A stretch of 64,000 nucleotides of DNA. Origin: an uncultured Nitrospinota bacterium (GTDB lineage Bacteria > Tectomicrobia > Entotheonellia > J063 > CAVPRW01). Where the stretch lies: assembly GCA_963707985.1 (NCBI GenBank), contig CAVPRW010000025.1, positions 32,001-96,000 of the forward strand, written 5' to 3'. How positions within the stretch are numbered: the first letter of the stretch is position 1; every line of letters begins with the position of its first letter. This document shows, piece after piece, positions 40,850 through 51,592 of this stretch. Under the pieces are notes generated by a model. That model searched no databases, was not told the DNA's origin, and saw only the letters and a program-made list of their open reading frames with translations. Position numbers and translations under genes: made by a program.

Positions 40850-42172
40850 ATGGATCTGGGTAAGATCGAGATGACCATGACGGCAGGTCAAGGTGCAGCC
40901 ATCGGGGTGTCGGCACCCTTTGTCAGAATATTTTCGTTAGCACTGGGCTCTGATGTCGGTGATGAGCTGCGCTCGCTCGGCAGAGCGAGCGACACGTCGT
41001 CCGTGCAGAACCTGTTACAGGTTGCCGTCAAACTTCTAGTCCCATCTGCATGGCGAACGACCATAGCCCAGGTCGTCGCGGCCTTTCCAGGACTGACCCT
41101 GTACACCCAACCACGGGGGAGCGATGAAGATGCGCTCCTAGTCATCGGACTGATGCCGGAAATTCGGGCGTGCGCCGGGGCCTTATCATCTGCCGAGCGA
41201 TCCATGTCGCCGCTGGCGCTGGAGCTGCTCAACCAACTCGCGTACATCTCACCCAGAGTCTATCAGACCTTGACATGTGGGGGAAGGGTGCTGGATTTTT
41301 CGGTGAAAACGGGAATTATGGGGATTCTTAACGTCACCCCTGACTCCTTCTATGACGGCGGAAGATATCTCGATCCGCAGGTGGCGGTTGATCGGGCGCA
41401 TCAGATGGTGGCAGAGGGTGCGGATATTATCGATATCGGCGGTCAGTCGTCACGCCCTGGCTCTGATCCGGTTTCCGAGGCTGAAGAAGCGGATCGTGTG
41501 CTACCAGTCGTGCGGGCGGTGGCCAAGTCAGTGTCAGCAATGATTTCTGTGGACACCTATCGCGCCGCGATCGCGCGGGCAGCCCTAGACGTTGGTGCAC
41601 ACCTGATCAACGATATTAGCGCCCTGCGCTTCGACCCAACTCTCTTGGAGGTGGTAGTAGAGCACCGGGCACCACTGATTTTGATGCACATGCAAGGCAT
41701 GCCGCGGACCATGCAGCTTAATCCGACCTATGAAGCGCTCATCGACGAAGTGTTCACCTTTCTGCACGGGCGTTTGGAGGCGGCCAAGGGAGGAGGAATG
41801 GTCGCCGACCGCTTGCTGATCGATCCCGGCATTGGCTTCGGCAAGGGCGCTCGGCATAACCTTGAGCTGCTGCGCAAACTGCACCATTTCCGCGCCCTAG
41901 GCCAGCCCATCGTGATCGGTACGTCGCGCAAAGCCTTCATCGGCTTGGTCCTTGGGACTGCGGTGAATGAACGACTGGAGGGGACTGCGGCAACCGTCGC
42001 CGCCGCGATCGTCCAGGGGGCAGATATCGTCCGCGTGCACGATGTGCTGGCGATGGCTCGGGTGGCGCGTATGCTGGACGCCATGGTTCGGCCTCACTTT
42101 GATACCCACGCCAAAGAGCCCAGTGCTGCCAAGTCCAACCATGCCACGGCTAAATGTCATAGAGGAGCGTGA
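40850..42172 (+). CDS. folP: Dihydropteroate synthase with N-terminal extension
   Basis: MGILNVTPDSFYDGG, IDIGGQSSRPG, IDPGIGFGK, GTSRK, VRVHDV. Confidence 0.93.
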   Translation: MDLGKIEMTMTAGQGAAIGVSAPFVRIFSLALGSDVGDELRSLGRASDTSSVQNLLQVAVKLLVPSAWRTTIAQVVAAFPGLTLYTQPRGSDEDALLVIGLMPEIRACAGALSSAERSMSPLALELLNQLAYISPRVYQTLTCGGRVLDFSVKTGIMGILNVTPDSFYDGGRYLDPQVAVDRAHQMVAEGADIIDIGGQSSRPGSDPVSEAEEADRVLPVVRAVAKSVSAMISVDTYRAAIARAALDVGAHLINDISALRFDPTLLEVVVEHRAPLILMHMQGMPRTMQLNPTYEALIDEVFTFLHGRLEAAKGGGMVADRLLIDPGIGFGKGARHNLELLRKLHHFRALGQPIVIGTSRKAFIGLVLGTAVNERLEGTAATVAAAIVQGADIVRVHDVLAMARVARMLDAMVRPHFDTHAKEPSAAKSNHATAKCHRGA

Positions 42173-43308
42173 AAACCGTGTTTCGCGGGCGCGAGGTTGG
42201 GGTTGCGGTTGGAATGGTGGCGTTGCTTGCTGCGCTGCTCGGTGATCGCCTCGAGTGGTGGCGTGGAGAGGAGCCCTTCACCCACCCGCGCGACATCCAG
42301 GCGGCAGTGGCTTTCACGCCTGATGAGGAGATCAACATCCGGGTCTATCGCGCCGCCAGTCCTGCCGTCGTCAATATCACCACCATCGCGGTAGCCTATG
42401 ATTTTTTCCTAAGCCCCGTGGCGAAGGAAGGTACCGGTTCGGGGGCGATTATCGACCGCTCGGGCCATATCCTCACCAACTTTCATGTCATCGATGGCGC
42501 TCGGCGACTGGAAGTCACGCTCGCCGATGGCAGCAAGTGGCCAGCACGACCGGTCGGTGCCGATCCAAGTAACGATTTGGCGGTGATCAAAATCGATGCT
42601 CCAGTCGAGAAACTCACGGTGATTCCGCTTGGAGATTCCTCTAAGTTGCTGGTCGGCCAGAAGGTCTTGGTCATCGGCAACCCATTCGGCCTGGACCGTA
42701 CGCTGACGGTCGGTATTGTCAGCTCCACAGGCCGATCGATCCGAGCCGATAATGGCCGCTTGATCCGCGGCATCATCCAGACCGACGCGGCGATCAACCC
42801 CGGCAACTCAGGCGGGCCAGTGCTCAATTCGAGCGGTGAGGTCATCGGGGTTAGCACAGCCATCTTCTCACCGAGTGGGGGCAGCGTCGGCGTCGGCTTT
42901 GCTGTGCCGATCAATACCGCCAAGCGGATTATCCCCGAGCTCATCAACCGTGGCTACGTCGCACGCCCCTACCTGGGAATCGCCGGCCATGAAATCGATC
43001 CGGCTTTGGTACAGGCACTCCGGTTGCCCGTGAATGAAGGGATCATGGTGGTCGAAGTTACCCCTGGGAGCCCTGCCCAGCGCGCCGGCATCCGCGGCGG
43101 AGACCGGGCAGTCCAGGTGGGCAACATGATCGTTCGAGTGGGTGGGGACATTATCATCGAGGTCGACAAGGTGAAGGTGCGGAACTTTGAGGAACTGAGC
43201 GATTTTATCGATGCCAAACAACCGGGTGACACCGTCGCTCTCACCTACAACCGACAGGGCAAGCTCAACGTCGTCGAAGTGCGGCTGCGCGAGCGACCGC
43301 GAGGCTGA
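42169..43308 (+). CDS. HtrA/DegP-like trypsin serine protease with one PDZ domain
   Basis: ILTNFHV, DLAVIK, IQTDAAINPGNSGGP and a C-terminal PDZ. Confidence 0.95.
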   Translation: MKTVFRGREVGVAVGMVALLAALLGDRLEWWRGEEPFTHPRDIQAAVAFTPDEEINIRVYRAASPAVVNITTIAVAYDFFLSPVAKEGTGSGAIIDRSGHILTNFHVIDGARRLEVTLADGSKWPARPVGADPSNDLAVIKIDAPVEKLTVIPLGDSSKLLVGQKVLVIGNPFGLDRTLTVGIVSSTGRSIRADNGRLIRGIIQTDAAINPGNSGGPVLNSSGEVIGVSTAIFSPSGGSVGVGFAVPINTAKRIIPELINRGYVARPYLGIAGHEIDPALVQALRLPVNEGIMVVEVTPGSPAQRAGIRGGDRAVQVGNMIVRVGGDIIIEVDKVKVRNFEELSDFIDAKQPGDTVALTYNRQGKLNVVEVRLRERPRG

Positions 43309-43317
43309 GGGACTGTT

Positions 43318-45122
43318 GTGGCCGAGCGCATTCGTATTCTATCAGAAGATCTGGCCAACCGCATTGCCGCTGGTGAGGTGATCGAGCGTCCCGCCTCAGT
43401 GGTCAAGGAATTGGCGGAGAACGCCCTCGACGCTGAGGCGCACACGATCACGGTCACGGTGCAAGGAGCCGGACGTCGGCTGATCCGGGTCAGCGATGAC
43501 GGATATGGCATGAATCGGGATGATGCCCTCCTCGCCTTCGAACGCCATGCCACCAGTAAGATCAGGTCAGTCGAGGATCTGGGCTGCATTGCCACCCTGG
43601 GGTTTCGCGGCGAGGCGTTGCCAAGCATCGCCTCGGTGTCACGGTTGACGTTAACGACCTGTGCACAGCTTGGGGATACTGGAACCTTGCTGGAGTTGGA
43701 CGGTGGGGTGATACGTCAGGTGCGGGAGTGGACGGGTCCAGTCGGCACCAGTATTGAGGTTCGGCAACTGTTCTTCAATACGCCCGCTCGCCTCAAATTT
43801 CTTAAGAGCAGGAACACGGAAGTGGGGCATATGATCAACGTCATCAGCCAGCTTGCCCTCGCCCATCCTGGGCTCCGTGTCAGATTTACGCACGAACAGC
43901 AGGCCCTCCTCGATCTGCCCCCCGCCGCAACCACGCTGGAGCGGCTGGCGACGATTTGGGGAGCGGAAATCAGCCGGCAACTCATCCCGATCGAAGACCG
44001 CGAGGGATCGGTGCTGTTGTCTGGCTTTGTGTCTCCCCCAACATGGAGTCGGGCCAGCCGTGATGCCCAGTATTTATTTGTCAATGGGCGTGCGGTGCGC
44101 GATCGCCTGCTCTTGCATGCCCTTTCCGAAGCGTATCGCCATACCCTCCCTGAGAAGCGTCATCCGATGGTCTTCGTGTTCTTGACGCTGCCGCCACAGG
44201 ATGTCGATGTCAATGTGCATCCTCACAAAACCGAGGTCCGCTTCGTCCAACCGGACCTTGTGCATGCGGTGGTTCGGGAGGCCATTCGGCGCAGCCTGTC
44301 ACAGATGTCGATGCGCATCGCAGGTGGCGGGGTTACGGAATCCGCCCACGCCATCACCTCCGTCGTCCCCTGCTCTGCCCATGATGCCGCAAACATGGCT
44401 ACCCTCCCATCAGGCAAACCTTGGAGGTGTCAGGCCTAACACCGTGGTCACTGACCCTCGATCTGATCTAGACCTACCGACACCGAGACCCGCAGCAACT
44501 GCGCCAGAGGCTTCTCCTCTCAAGCCATCGCCGCTGGTCCCTTCGCCTCAATTGCGTCCTTTGGGACAAATTCATCATTCGTTCATCGTGGCGGACGGCC
44601 CAGATGGACTGTATCTGTTTGATCAACACGCACTCCAAGAACGAATTCTTTACGAAGTGCTCAAATCGGGGTTTCGAGCCGAAGCCCTGCCGCGTCAGCA
44701 TCTCTTGTTTCCAACTGCTCTGGAGCTGACACCCGCGGCCATGTTGTGGTTCGAAGAATTCCGCGAGATGTTGGAGCGTATTGGATTTGAGGCGGAGCCA
44801 TTTGGAGGGACCACCGTCATGTTGAGAATCCGTGCCCGCGGTCCTCGCCGAATATCCATATGTGGAAATCTACCGCGACACCTTCGCCGCCTTGGCTGCG
44901 ACGGGGAGAGCCAGCCCTTACGACGAAATCGTCGAGGCCATGCTGGCGAGTATGGCCTGCCATGATGCGATTAAGATCAACCGCCCCCTCGATCTCTCCG
45001 AAATGCGTCGTCTTCTCGATGATTTTGCCAACGTCGGCGCACCTGCGACCTGCCCACACGGACGCCCGCTAGCCTTGACGATTCCGGTCAGCGAGTTGCG
45101 ACGGCGCTTCCATCGATCGTAA
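43318..45122 (+). CDS. mutL: DNA mismatch repair protein MutL (two apparent frameshifts, ~44300-44430 and ~44828)
   Basis: IAAGEVIERPASVVKEL, GFRGEAL, DVNVHPHK, DQHALQERI (endonuclease motif), ACHDAIK and CPHGRP, spread over three frames. Confidence 0.93.
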
Positions 45123-45287
45123 TTTACCAACGGCATCACGCCCTAGAATCGCACCATGAGACAGTGGTACAAGAGGTAGGGTGGCATAACGCCGTGTCTA
45201 CCTCTGCCACACCCCCACTTCCACTCGTGCGCATGGCACATGGGATCAATGCTGGCGGACACGTGGGTGACGCGCATAGCGTCTGAT

Positions 45288-47252
45288 TTAGACGGGATAG
45301 ACTTCGGTGGTGACCTCTAAGCTGACACCGAATGCCTTCTTGAGTTCTTCCTCAAGGAGGCTGCGATACTCATCAGATTCGACCAACTCTTGTTGAAAAC
45401 GCTGTTGGGGTGGGAAGCCTATGACTAATCCATGTTCGGTGATACGTAGTGGACGCGCCGCAGCGAGAATCGTTTCGAGGATCCGACGGCGACGGGAAAC
45501 GCGCTTGACTATCTGGTCCCACATGGCTGTCACTTGCTCGATGGTGGGAGTAGAAGGTGTCGGCGTTGTGGCCATCTGCTCATCGTCACGAGGCTCGTGG
45601 GTCGCGCTGAGCGGAGGTGTTCCTTCAGGAAAGAGTGGTAAGCTCAGGTCCGTTCCCACAGGCGCTGGTACTCGTGCCGCAAAGCGAGGCCTAGGGTGCG
45701 TTCCAGAGTTCATACGCGGGGCAGCAGGCACGTGTGAGAAGGCTACTCGCTCACCTGTTACGTCAATGTCGTCATCCGGCTCCACAGCGAAGATGATTGG
45801 ATATTCCCCCGTGGCCTTGCCGACGAGCAGACTGTGGTACGTGCGCAGGCGTCGTCCAACATTTTGGAGGGTTGCCGCATCGACGCGGCTGCGTTTGGCT
45901 AGGTGGCGGGCTTCATCAGACGTCACCTGGCACAGAAACAGATTATCCGCGTCGTGCTGAAGATGATCTCCGAGACCGATGACCCTCGTGGTGACGAAAA
46001 AGCTTGTGAGACCGAGATGCCTCATCGGGAGGAGGACATCAGTGATGAAGGATGGTCCGACGAGCGACTGGGCCTCGTCGAAAAACAGGCAGGCTAATTG
46101 GTCTGTTTCCGGGGCCCTTTCGCCTGCAGAGATGTCGCTCAGGCTGCCTACAAGCGATGAGACGACGCTGGTCTGGGCCCATCGAGTGAGCTTGGAGAGA
46201 TCGATCAGCAGGGCACCGCCATGGCGAATCTCGGCATAACCATCGTGCAATGCTGTACCCTCACTCGGCTGCGTGGCGAAGATTTGCGCTTGTTTGATGG
46301 CATCGAGGCAGGCGAGAATCGCGCCGCCCGCCACGGGTTGGCCCTCTGTCTCCAGGTCACCGGCCAGGTGTATCAAATCATCAATCCCAAGAAATGGGGG
46401 AGGCTGGTTGACATCATGCTGACTTTTTGGCCGCGCGAACCGACGTGCGACATGGCTGGTGAAATACAGTGCGACAGCTGTCGGCAGGCCAAAATGCCTC
46501 AACATTGTCGAGAAAGTATCCAGGCGCATGTGTGCCATGGCCAGCTTGAGGCTTTCCCCCACAATGAGAGGGACGATCGCATGGCGTACCCCTGCGCTTG
46601 TAGAGGAACGCACACGTTCTTGGGAAGGCCGGGCATAGACGCCTTTGGTGTCGAAGACAATGCACGGAAGACCATGCTCGATAAGTCGGCTCATAAGAAC
46701 TTGGGCAAGGTGTGCCGTCCCCGACCCCTCTAGCCCCGCAATCAGATTGAGCACACCAAGTGCGGCTCGCTCGATATGAAACGGCGCACCGGCCACCGTT
46801 TTTCCAAGCCAAAGGGGATTTCTCGAGTCTGGGATGCATTGGCGCAGTATTTCATCGTCCGTTGTCTTGGATACGACGACAGTGCTCGTAGGAAGCCATC
46901 CATCCCACGGCTGCCAAGCCGGATCCGTCATCTTGCGAATCTTGGCGATGGCGAGATACCGACTGTGGATGTCGTCCGTGGGTTGAGTTGTTTTCCGACG
47001 GCGAGGGGATCGAGCCCGCAGCTTCGCTACCGCCGGGGCTGCAATTGGAGGGCCGACTGCCAGGCGCTGATCACGACCGAACAGCAATGACGCGGAAAAG
47101 ATTGCTTTGATCTCAATGACCTGAACGATGAGTCCGCGGTCCTCGTGGCGTCCACGGACCGACAGATTTTCGCCAACGTGCAAGTCCTCCTCGGCAGGAT
47201 CGAAGACCAGCTCAACCGTGTCTCCAATAATCTGTGTGACCTCAATGGCCAT
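45288..47252 (-). CDS. HerA/DUF87-like P-loop protein with degenerate Walker A, fused to a DnaX-C/DnaA-N-like C-terminal domain
   Basis: HAS-barrel-like N-terminus, NLIAGLEGSGTAHLA (GKS->GTA), CIVFDTKGVY and FFDEAQ. A Pro-rich linker leads to WDQIVKRV..LAAARP..LVIGFP..LEEELKKAFG. Confidence 0.7.
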   Translation of the reverse strand: MAIEVTQIIGDTVELVFDPAEEDLHVGENLSVRGRHEDRGLIVQVIEIKAIFSASLLFGRDQRLAVGPPIAAPAVAKLRARSPRRRKTTQPTDDIHSRYLAIAKIRKMTDPAWQPWDGWLPTSTVVVSKTTDDEILRQCIPDSRNPLWLGKTVAGAPFHIERAALGVLNLIAGLEGSGTAHLAQVLMSRLIEHGLPCIVFDTKGVYARPSQERVRSSTSAGVRHAIVPLIVGESLKLAMAHMRLDTFSTMLRHFGLPTAVALYFTSHVARRFARPKSQHDVNQPPPFLGIDDLIHLAGDLETEGQPVAGGAILACLDAIKQAQIFATQPSEGTALHDGYAEIRHGGALLIDLSKLTRWAQTSVVSSLVGSLSDISAGERAPETDQLACLFFDEAQSLVGPSFITDVLLPMRHLGLTSFFVTTRVIGLGDHLQHDADNLFLCQVTSDEARHLAKRSRVDAATLQNVGRRLRTYHSLLVGKATGEYPIIFAVEPDDDIDVTGERVAFSHVPAAPRMNSGTHPRPRFAARVPAPVGTDLSLPLFPEGTPPLSATHEPRDDEQMATTPTPSTPTIEQVTAMWDQIVKRVSRRRRILETILAAARPLRITEHGLVIGFPPQQRFQQELVESDEYRSLLEEELKKAFGVSLEVTTEVYPV

Positions 47253-47325
47253 GGGCGGAGAGCGTTACCTGTGTGGTCTGCGGCTGGCCCGCCTAGGTGT
47301 GCGTTCCCGAAGCGGCAAAACGGTC

Positions 47326-47772
47326 TCAGAGGATGCTCAGGATTTTACCAAGCGTCATCTCGTGCCGTTCTTCGATGCGGACCAGGTAAGCTTCCCAGCG
47401 GAGCGGACTCCATAGTTCTATGCGCTCGTATAATCCGATCAGCACGACCTCGTTATCGATGTCGGCATACTCCCGATGTCTCTTCGGAATAGAGAGCCTG
47501 CCGTTCTTATCGACTTCGGAAGGCGCGGACTCGGCGACCACGTAATGCATGAACAGGCGGCTTTGTTCGTCATCGAGATGCTGGCGCGACGCCGTCAACT
47601 TCTCCTCCCATTCGGAGGTACGATACAACCACAGGCTGTGATCGAGAGACTTGAGGATGATCACACTTTTCGCTAGCTGCTCATCTTCAACCGGAAAAGC
47701 GGCGCGAAAGACAGAAGGCAACACAAAGCGGCCCTTATCGTCCACGCCGCATCGGAATTCGCCCGCGAACAT
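47326..47772 (-). CDS. mraZ: MraZ-family transcription regulator (outside a dcw cluster)
   Basis: MFAGEF..DDKGRFVLP and DKNGRLSIP (two DxxGR repeats), RIELW. Confidence 0.88.
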   Translation of the reverse strand: MFAGEFRCGVDDKGRFVLPSVFRAAFPVEDEQLAKSVIILKSLDHSLWLYRTSEWEEKLTASRQHLDDEQSRLFMHYVVAESAPSEVDKNGRLSIPKRHREYADIDNEVVLIGLYERIELWSPLRWEAYLVRIEERHEMTLGKILSIL

Positions 47773-48146
47773 AGCATTCCCTGCCTGTATTTTCGCGGCG
47801 TTAGCAAGGGATTTGGTGATCCCTGGTGCCGCTGCTGTATCACAACCATCGATTTTTAACGCAAAAATCTCGTTAAACGACAGGTAAACATACATTTTTG
47901 ATAGTGTCAAGAAAAAAGATCAGGAAAGAAGACCGATCACCTGCACTGCCATTCACTGATCAGAGTGCTAGAAAGGATCTAGAATGGACCAGTCTGATAG
48001 ATTGACGCCAGGATGAATGCTATTGCTATGTGGAGTGCCAGGGGAGGGTTTACGCTATGTGCGGGAGCACTGCGGAGCATGATACGAGATGCACGAGGGC
48101 GTGTCAGACCATTGGCAGCCAATGGTCTGACACGCCCTTCGGAAGG

Positions 48147-49172
48147 TTAGGACGCTGGGATTTTTGCAGGATCGGCGGTTTGGTCAATGGATTGGGCGGC
48201 TTCGATGAGGGCGCCGAGCAGCTTCTGCCAGTCCCCAACGATGCCATACCGGGCGTAACGAAAAATATTGGCGTCACGGTCCTTGTTGATGGCAACGATG
48301 CACTTGGCACCTGAACAACCGGCAATATGCTGACTCGCACCCGAGATGCCGATCGTGATGTAGACGTCTGGGGTGATGGTCTTGCCAGTGAGGCCAATCT
48401 GCCAGCTATAGGGTACCCAGCCCGAGTCCACCGCAGCACGTGAGGCACCGATACCGGCCCCCAAGACGTTAGCTAATTCCTGCAGGGGTCTGAAGCCCTC
48501 TGGACCTCCCAAGCCTCGCCCCCCCGCCACGACTAACCTGGCGTCCTCGAGCTTAACGCCCGCAATTTCTTCCTTGACTGTGCTAACCACTTTCGTCTTC
48601 CCCTTGGCTGGATCGAGCTCAACCTGGAGGGGAATCACTTCTCCCCGACGGTGGTCCTGAGCTGGCAAAGGATTGTACACCTTTGGGCGCACCGTCGCAA
48701 ATTGCGGGTTCTGGGTGCAGAGGACGGTAGCCATCGCGTTCCCCCCATACACCGGGCGAGTGGCGAGGAGCTGCTTGGTGGAAGTATCGATTTTCACTTC
48801 AAGACAATCCTGCACCAGAGGCACCCCTAAACGGGCCGCTAGCCGAGGAGCCAAATCTCGACCGATGGACGTGCGGGCCATCAGCAAAACCCGGGGGTTG
48901 ACCGCCTGACAAAGCTTTGTCAGCGCTTCCAGATACAGCTCTGGCTGAAATCCGGCCAACAGGGGATCATCGACAACGTATGCACGATCGGCTCCGAGTG
49001 TCACCGCTACACGTGCGGGACTATCAATGCCATCTCCTATGAGACCGCAGGCCACGCCTATACCAAGATCGTCCGCGAGCTGACGGCCTGCAGCAATGAT
49101 CTCGCCGGTGATCGGGACCAGGTGCCCTTGTAGGCACTCTCCCAGCACAAGCACTTCTCCCGCCTCGGCCAT
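48147..49172 (-). CDS. etfA: Electron transfer flavoprotein alpha subunit
   Basis: RPVYGGN, VAGGRG, GASRAAVD, QIGLTGK, GISGASQH. Confidence 0.93.
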   Translation of the reverse strand: MAEAGEVLVLGECLQGHLVPITGEIIAAGRQLADDLGIGVACGLIGDGIDSPARVAVTLGADRAYVVDDPLLAGFQPELYLEALTKLCQAVNPRVLLMARTSIGRDLAPRLAARLGVPLVQDCLEVKIDTSTKQLLATRPVYGGNAMATVLCTQNPQFATVRPKVYNPLPAQDHRRGEVIPLQVELDPAKGKTKVVSTVKEEIAGVKLEDARLVVAGGRGLGGPEGFRPLQELANVLGAGIGASRAAVDSGWVPYSWQIGLTGKTITPDVYITIGISGASQHIAGCSGAKCIVAINKDRDANIFRYARYGIVGDWQKLLGALIEAAQSIDQTADPAKIPAS

Positions 49173-49214
49173 CCTGTGCCTCCTTGTTTTTGGTCTCGAC
49201 GTGCCTCGCACCGG

Positions 49215-50015
49215 TTACATCAAGCGCGATCCACGTAGTTTCTGAAAGAGTGTGTGGGCAATCTCCCGTTCATCGCTGCCGTCGATGAACTCGCAGGTTT
49301 GATCCTGGACGGGGACGAAGAGGTCCACCAACTGCAGGCCAGACTGCAGAGCCGCGGGGTCGATCCCAAGATCCGAAAGCTTCCAGATCGCAGGACGTTT
49401 GCGGTTCGCCGCCATGATGGCGCGCATCGTCGGATAACGTGGGAGCCCAAGCTCATTGCTGACGGTCACCAGCGCCGGCAGTGGCGCTTCGACCACCTCA
49501 TAGCCGTCGGGGATTACGCGCTCCACCCGCACTGTGCCATTGCTGACCTCGATCTTCCTGGCAATTGTGACACAGGGGAGTCCTAATTCCTCAGTCAGAA
49601 TCAGCGGCACCTGCGCATTATCCCAGTCAGAGGCCTGACGGCCACAAAGAAGCAGGTCGAAGGCGCCGATCTTCGCGATGGCGGCACCGAGCAGCTGGGC
49701 CGTGACGCGGCTGTCAATGTTATCGTCAATGGCGGGATCCTGTAGCAGCACCAGCTCATCGGCGCCCATCGCCAGCAGCTTGCGCATGACGTCGATGGAG
49801 AATGTCTTCCCCACCGCTACGACCGTGACCTTCGCGTCCTGCGTATCTTTGATGCGTAACGCGGCCTCGACAGCATGTTCGTCGAAGCCGTTGACGACGG
49901 GTGGGAAGCTTGCGGGAACGCTCACTCGTTTATTGGCGGCATCGATCTTAAAGGCGGATTTGGGGATTTCCGGATCGATCACTTGCTTGGCGGTAACGAT
50001 GATCTGTAACGGCAT
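49215..50015 (-). CDS. etfB: Electron transfer flavoprotein beta subunit
   Basis: KQVID, NGFDEHAVEAAL, LAMGAD, GRQASD, PRYP. Confidence 0.93.
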   Translation of the reverse strand: MPLQIIVTAKQVIDPEIPKSAFKIDAANKRVSVPASFPPVVNGFDEHAVEAALRIKDTQDAKVTVVAVGKTFSIDVMRKLLAMGADELVLLQDPAIDDNIDSRVTAQLLGAAIAKIGAFDLLLCGRQASDWDNAQVPLILTEELGLPCVTIARKIEVSNGTVRVERVIPDGYEVVEAPLPALVTVSNELGLPRYPTMRAIMAANRKRPAIWKLSDLGIDPAALQSGLQLVDLFVPVQDQTCEFIDGSDEREIAHTLFQKLRGSRLM

Positions 50016-50036
50016 GTTCACTCCTGTGGCAAGCGG

Positions 50037-51527
50037 TTAGGCTTTCCCGGTGGCATCTTCAGCGGCACTGCTGCCGGCCAGCTTGCCAAACACCGCACCA
50101 GAGGCAAGTCCAGACCCACCTGCGTAATTATGGTAGAAAAGACCGCCGACCAGTTCGCCCGCGGCATACAAACCCGGCATCCCATTGCCCTCGGTGTCGA
50201 TCACCTGTCCACGTGTGTCGATCTTCAAGCCGCCGAAGGTGAACGTAATGCCACACGTCACCGCATACCCGAGGTAGGGTGGGGTATCGATTGGTAGTGC
50301 CCAGTTCGATTTGGGCGGTGTGATCCCCTCGGTGTGCTTCCCATCCAGTACGGTCGGGTCGTAGTGCCCCGGTTGTACTGCGGCATTATATTCGCGGATA
50401 GTCCGTACGAAGCCTTCACGGTCGAAGCCAAGCCGGTCGGCCAATTCTTCAAGGGTGTTGGTCGTCGCCGTCGTCGCTTGTGGGATCCGGTACTCATCAC
50501 GCAGCAGATGTTTTACCTTGTCGTCGAAGATTTGGAATGCTGATCCTAAAGGCTGCTTGAGGATCTCGCGCCCATAGGCGGCATAGGTATAGTTACGGAA
50601 GTCCGCCCCCTCATCTACGAAGCGTTTGCCTGCAAGGTTGACGATGAGCCCGAAGGGATACGAATGTTTTTGGTAGAGTTCAGTGATGGTACGATCGCCG
50701 AAGGGGGGGGCATTCAGATCCCAGGCGACGGCATGACAGCTACTCCAGTGGCCAAAGGACTGTGCACCGATGTCCAAGGCCATGCGGATGCCATCGCCGG
50801 TGTTATAGGGAACTCCGCGGACTTTGGCTAACTCCCAGCCCTGTCCGAGGTAACGGGTGCGCATCTCAGCGTTGGCCTCGAAGCCGCCACAGGCCAACAC
50901 CACAGTCTTCGCCGCGACCTCCTCGAAACCATCCGGCCCTTGGACGACCGCGCCACAAACTTTCCCCTGCCGATCCTGGATAAGTCTGATGCCTTTGGTC
51001 TGGTAGCGAATCTCAGCTCCCAGGCGTTCGGCCACCTCGAATTGCTGATCGGACAATCCCTTCCCAGCGCCAACCGATTCCACTACCAGGCCACCCCAGA
51101 AATGGTACTTGCCATCGACCTTGAAGGCCTGGCGGCCGAAGGCCAGGACGTAGCGCACGCCTTTTTCCCGCAGCCAGAGGAGCGTTGGATGGGATTGGGA
51201 CACCAGGATCTGGGCCAGCTCAGGATCGGCTAGTCCTTCCGTGACCCGCATCACATCGCTATAGAAATCATCCTCCGTGTACTTGCCGACATCGGTGGTA
51301 GCTTCTTCTTCCGGCGTCATATCAGGGATGAGTGCCTTGATATCGTCCATGCCATTGTAGGCACAGCGTATGATGCCACCAGTGAAATAGGTATTGCCGC
51401 CTCGGAAATACTCGGGGGCTTTCTCTAACACTAAGGTTCGTGCTCCGCGCTCGCACGCAGCGATGGCAGCGCAGAGCGCAGCATTACCAGCGCCGACGAT
51501 TAGCACATCATAGGTACTGTTGTTCAT
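50037..51527 (-). CDS. tcuA: FAD-dependent tricarballylate dehydrogenase TcuA-like flavoprotein
   Basis: VGAGNAALCAA, RGGNTYFT, GGFEAN, RFVDEGADFRNYTYA, GITFTFGGL, AAGELVGGLFYHNY. Confidence 0.8.
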   Translation of the reverse strand: MNNSTYDVLIVGAGNAALCAAIAACERGARTLVLEKAPEYFRGGNTYFTGGIIRCAYNGMDDIKALIPDMTPEEEATTDVGKYTEDDFYSDVMRVTEGLADPELAQILVSQSHPTLLWLREKGVRYVLAFGRQAFKVDGKYHFWGGLVVESVGAGKGLSDQQFEVAERLGAEIRYQTKGIRLIQDRQGKVCGAVVQGPDGFEEVAAKTVVLACGGFEANAEMRTRYLGQGWELAKVRGVPYNTGDGIRMALDIGAQSFGHWSSCHAVAWDLNAPPFGDRTITELYQKHSYPFGLIVNLAGKRFVDEGADFRNYTYAAYGREILKQPLGSAFQIFDDKVKHLLRDEYRIPQATTATTNTLEELADRLGFDREGFVRTIREYNAAVQPGHYDPTVLDGKHTEGITPPKSNWALPIDTPPYLGYAVTCGITFTFGGLKIDTRGQVIDTEGNGMPGLYAAGELVGGLFYHNYAGGSGLASGAVFGKLAGSSAAEDATGKA

Positions 51528-51592
51528 CTTCCTTCTTCCTCCAGTCGTCAAGAATCGATGCTGGCCTGTATGCCACCAACCGTAGCTTGCCG

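Noticed and set aside
45172..45205. Rho-independent terminator between convergent mutL and herA-like genes
   Set aside because: An 8-bp stem (agaggtag/ctacctct) is present but there is no U-tract on either strand.
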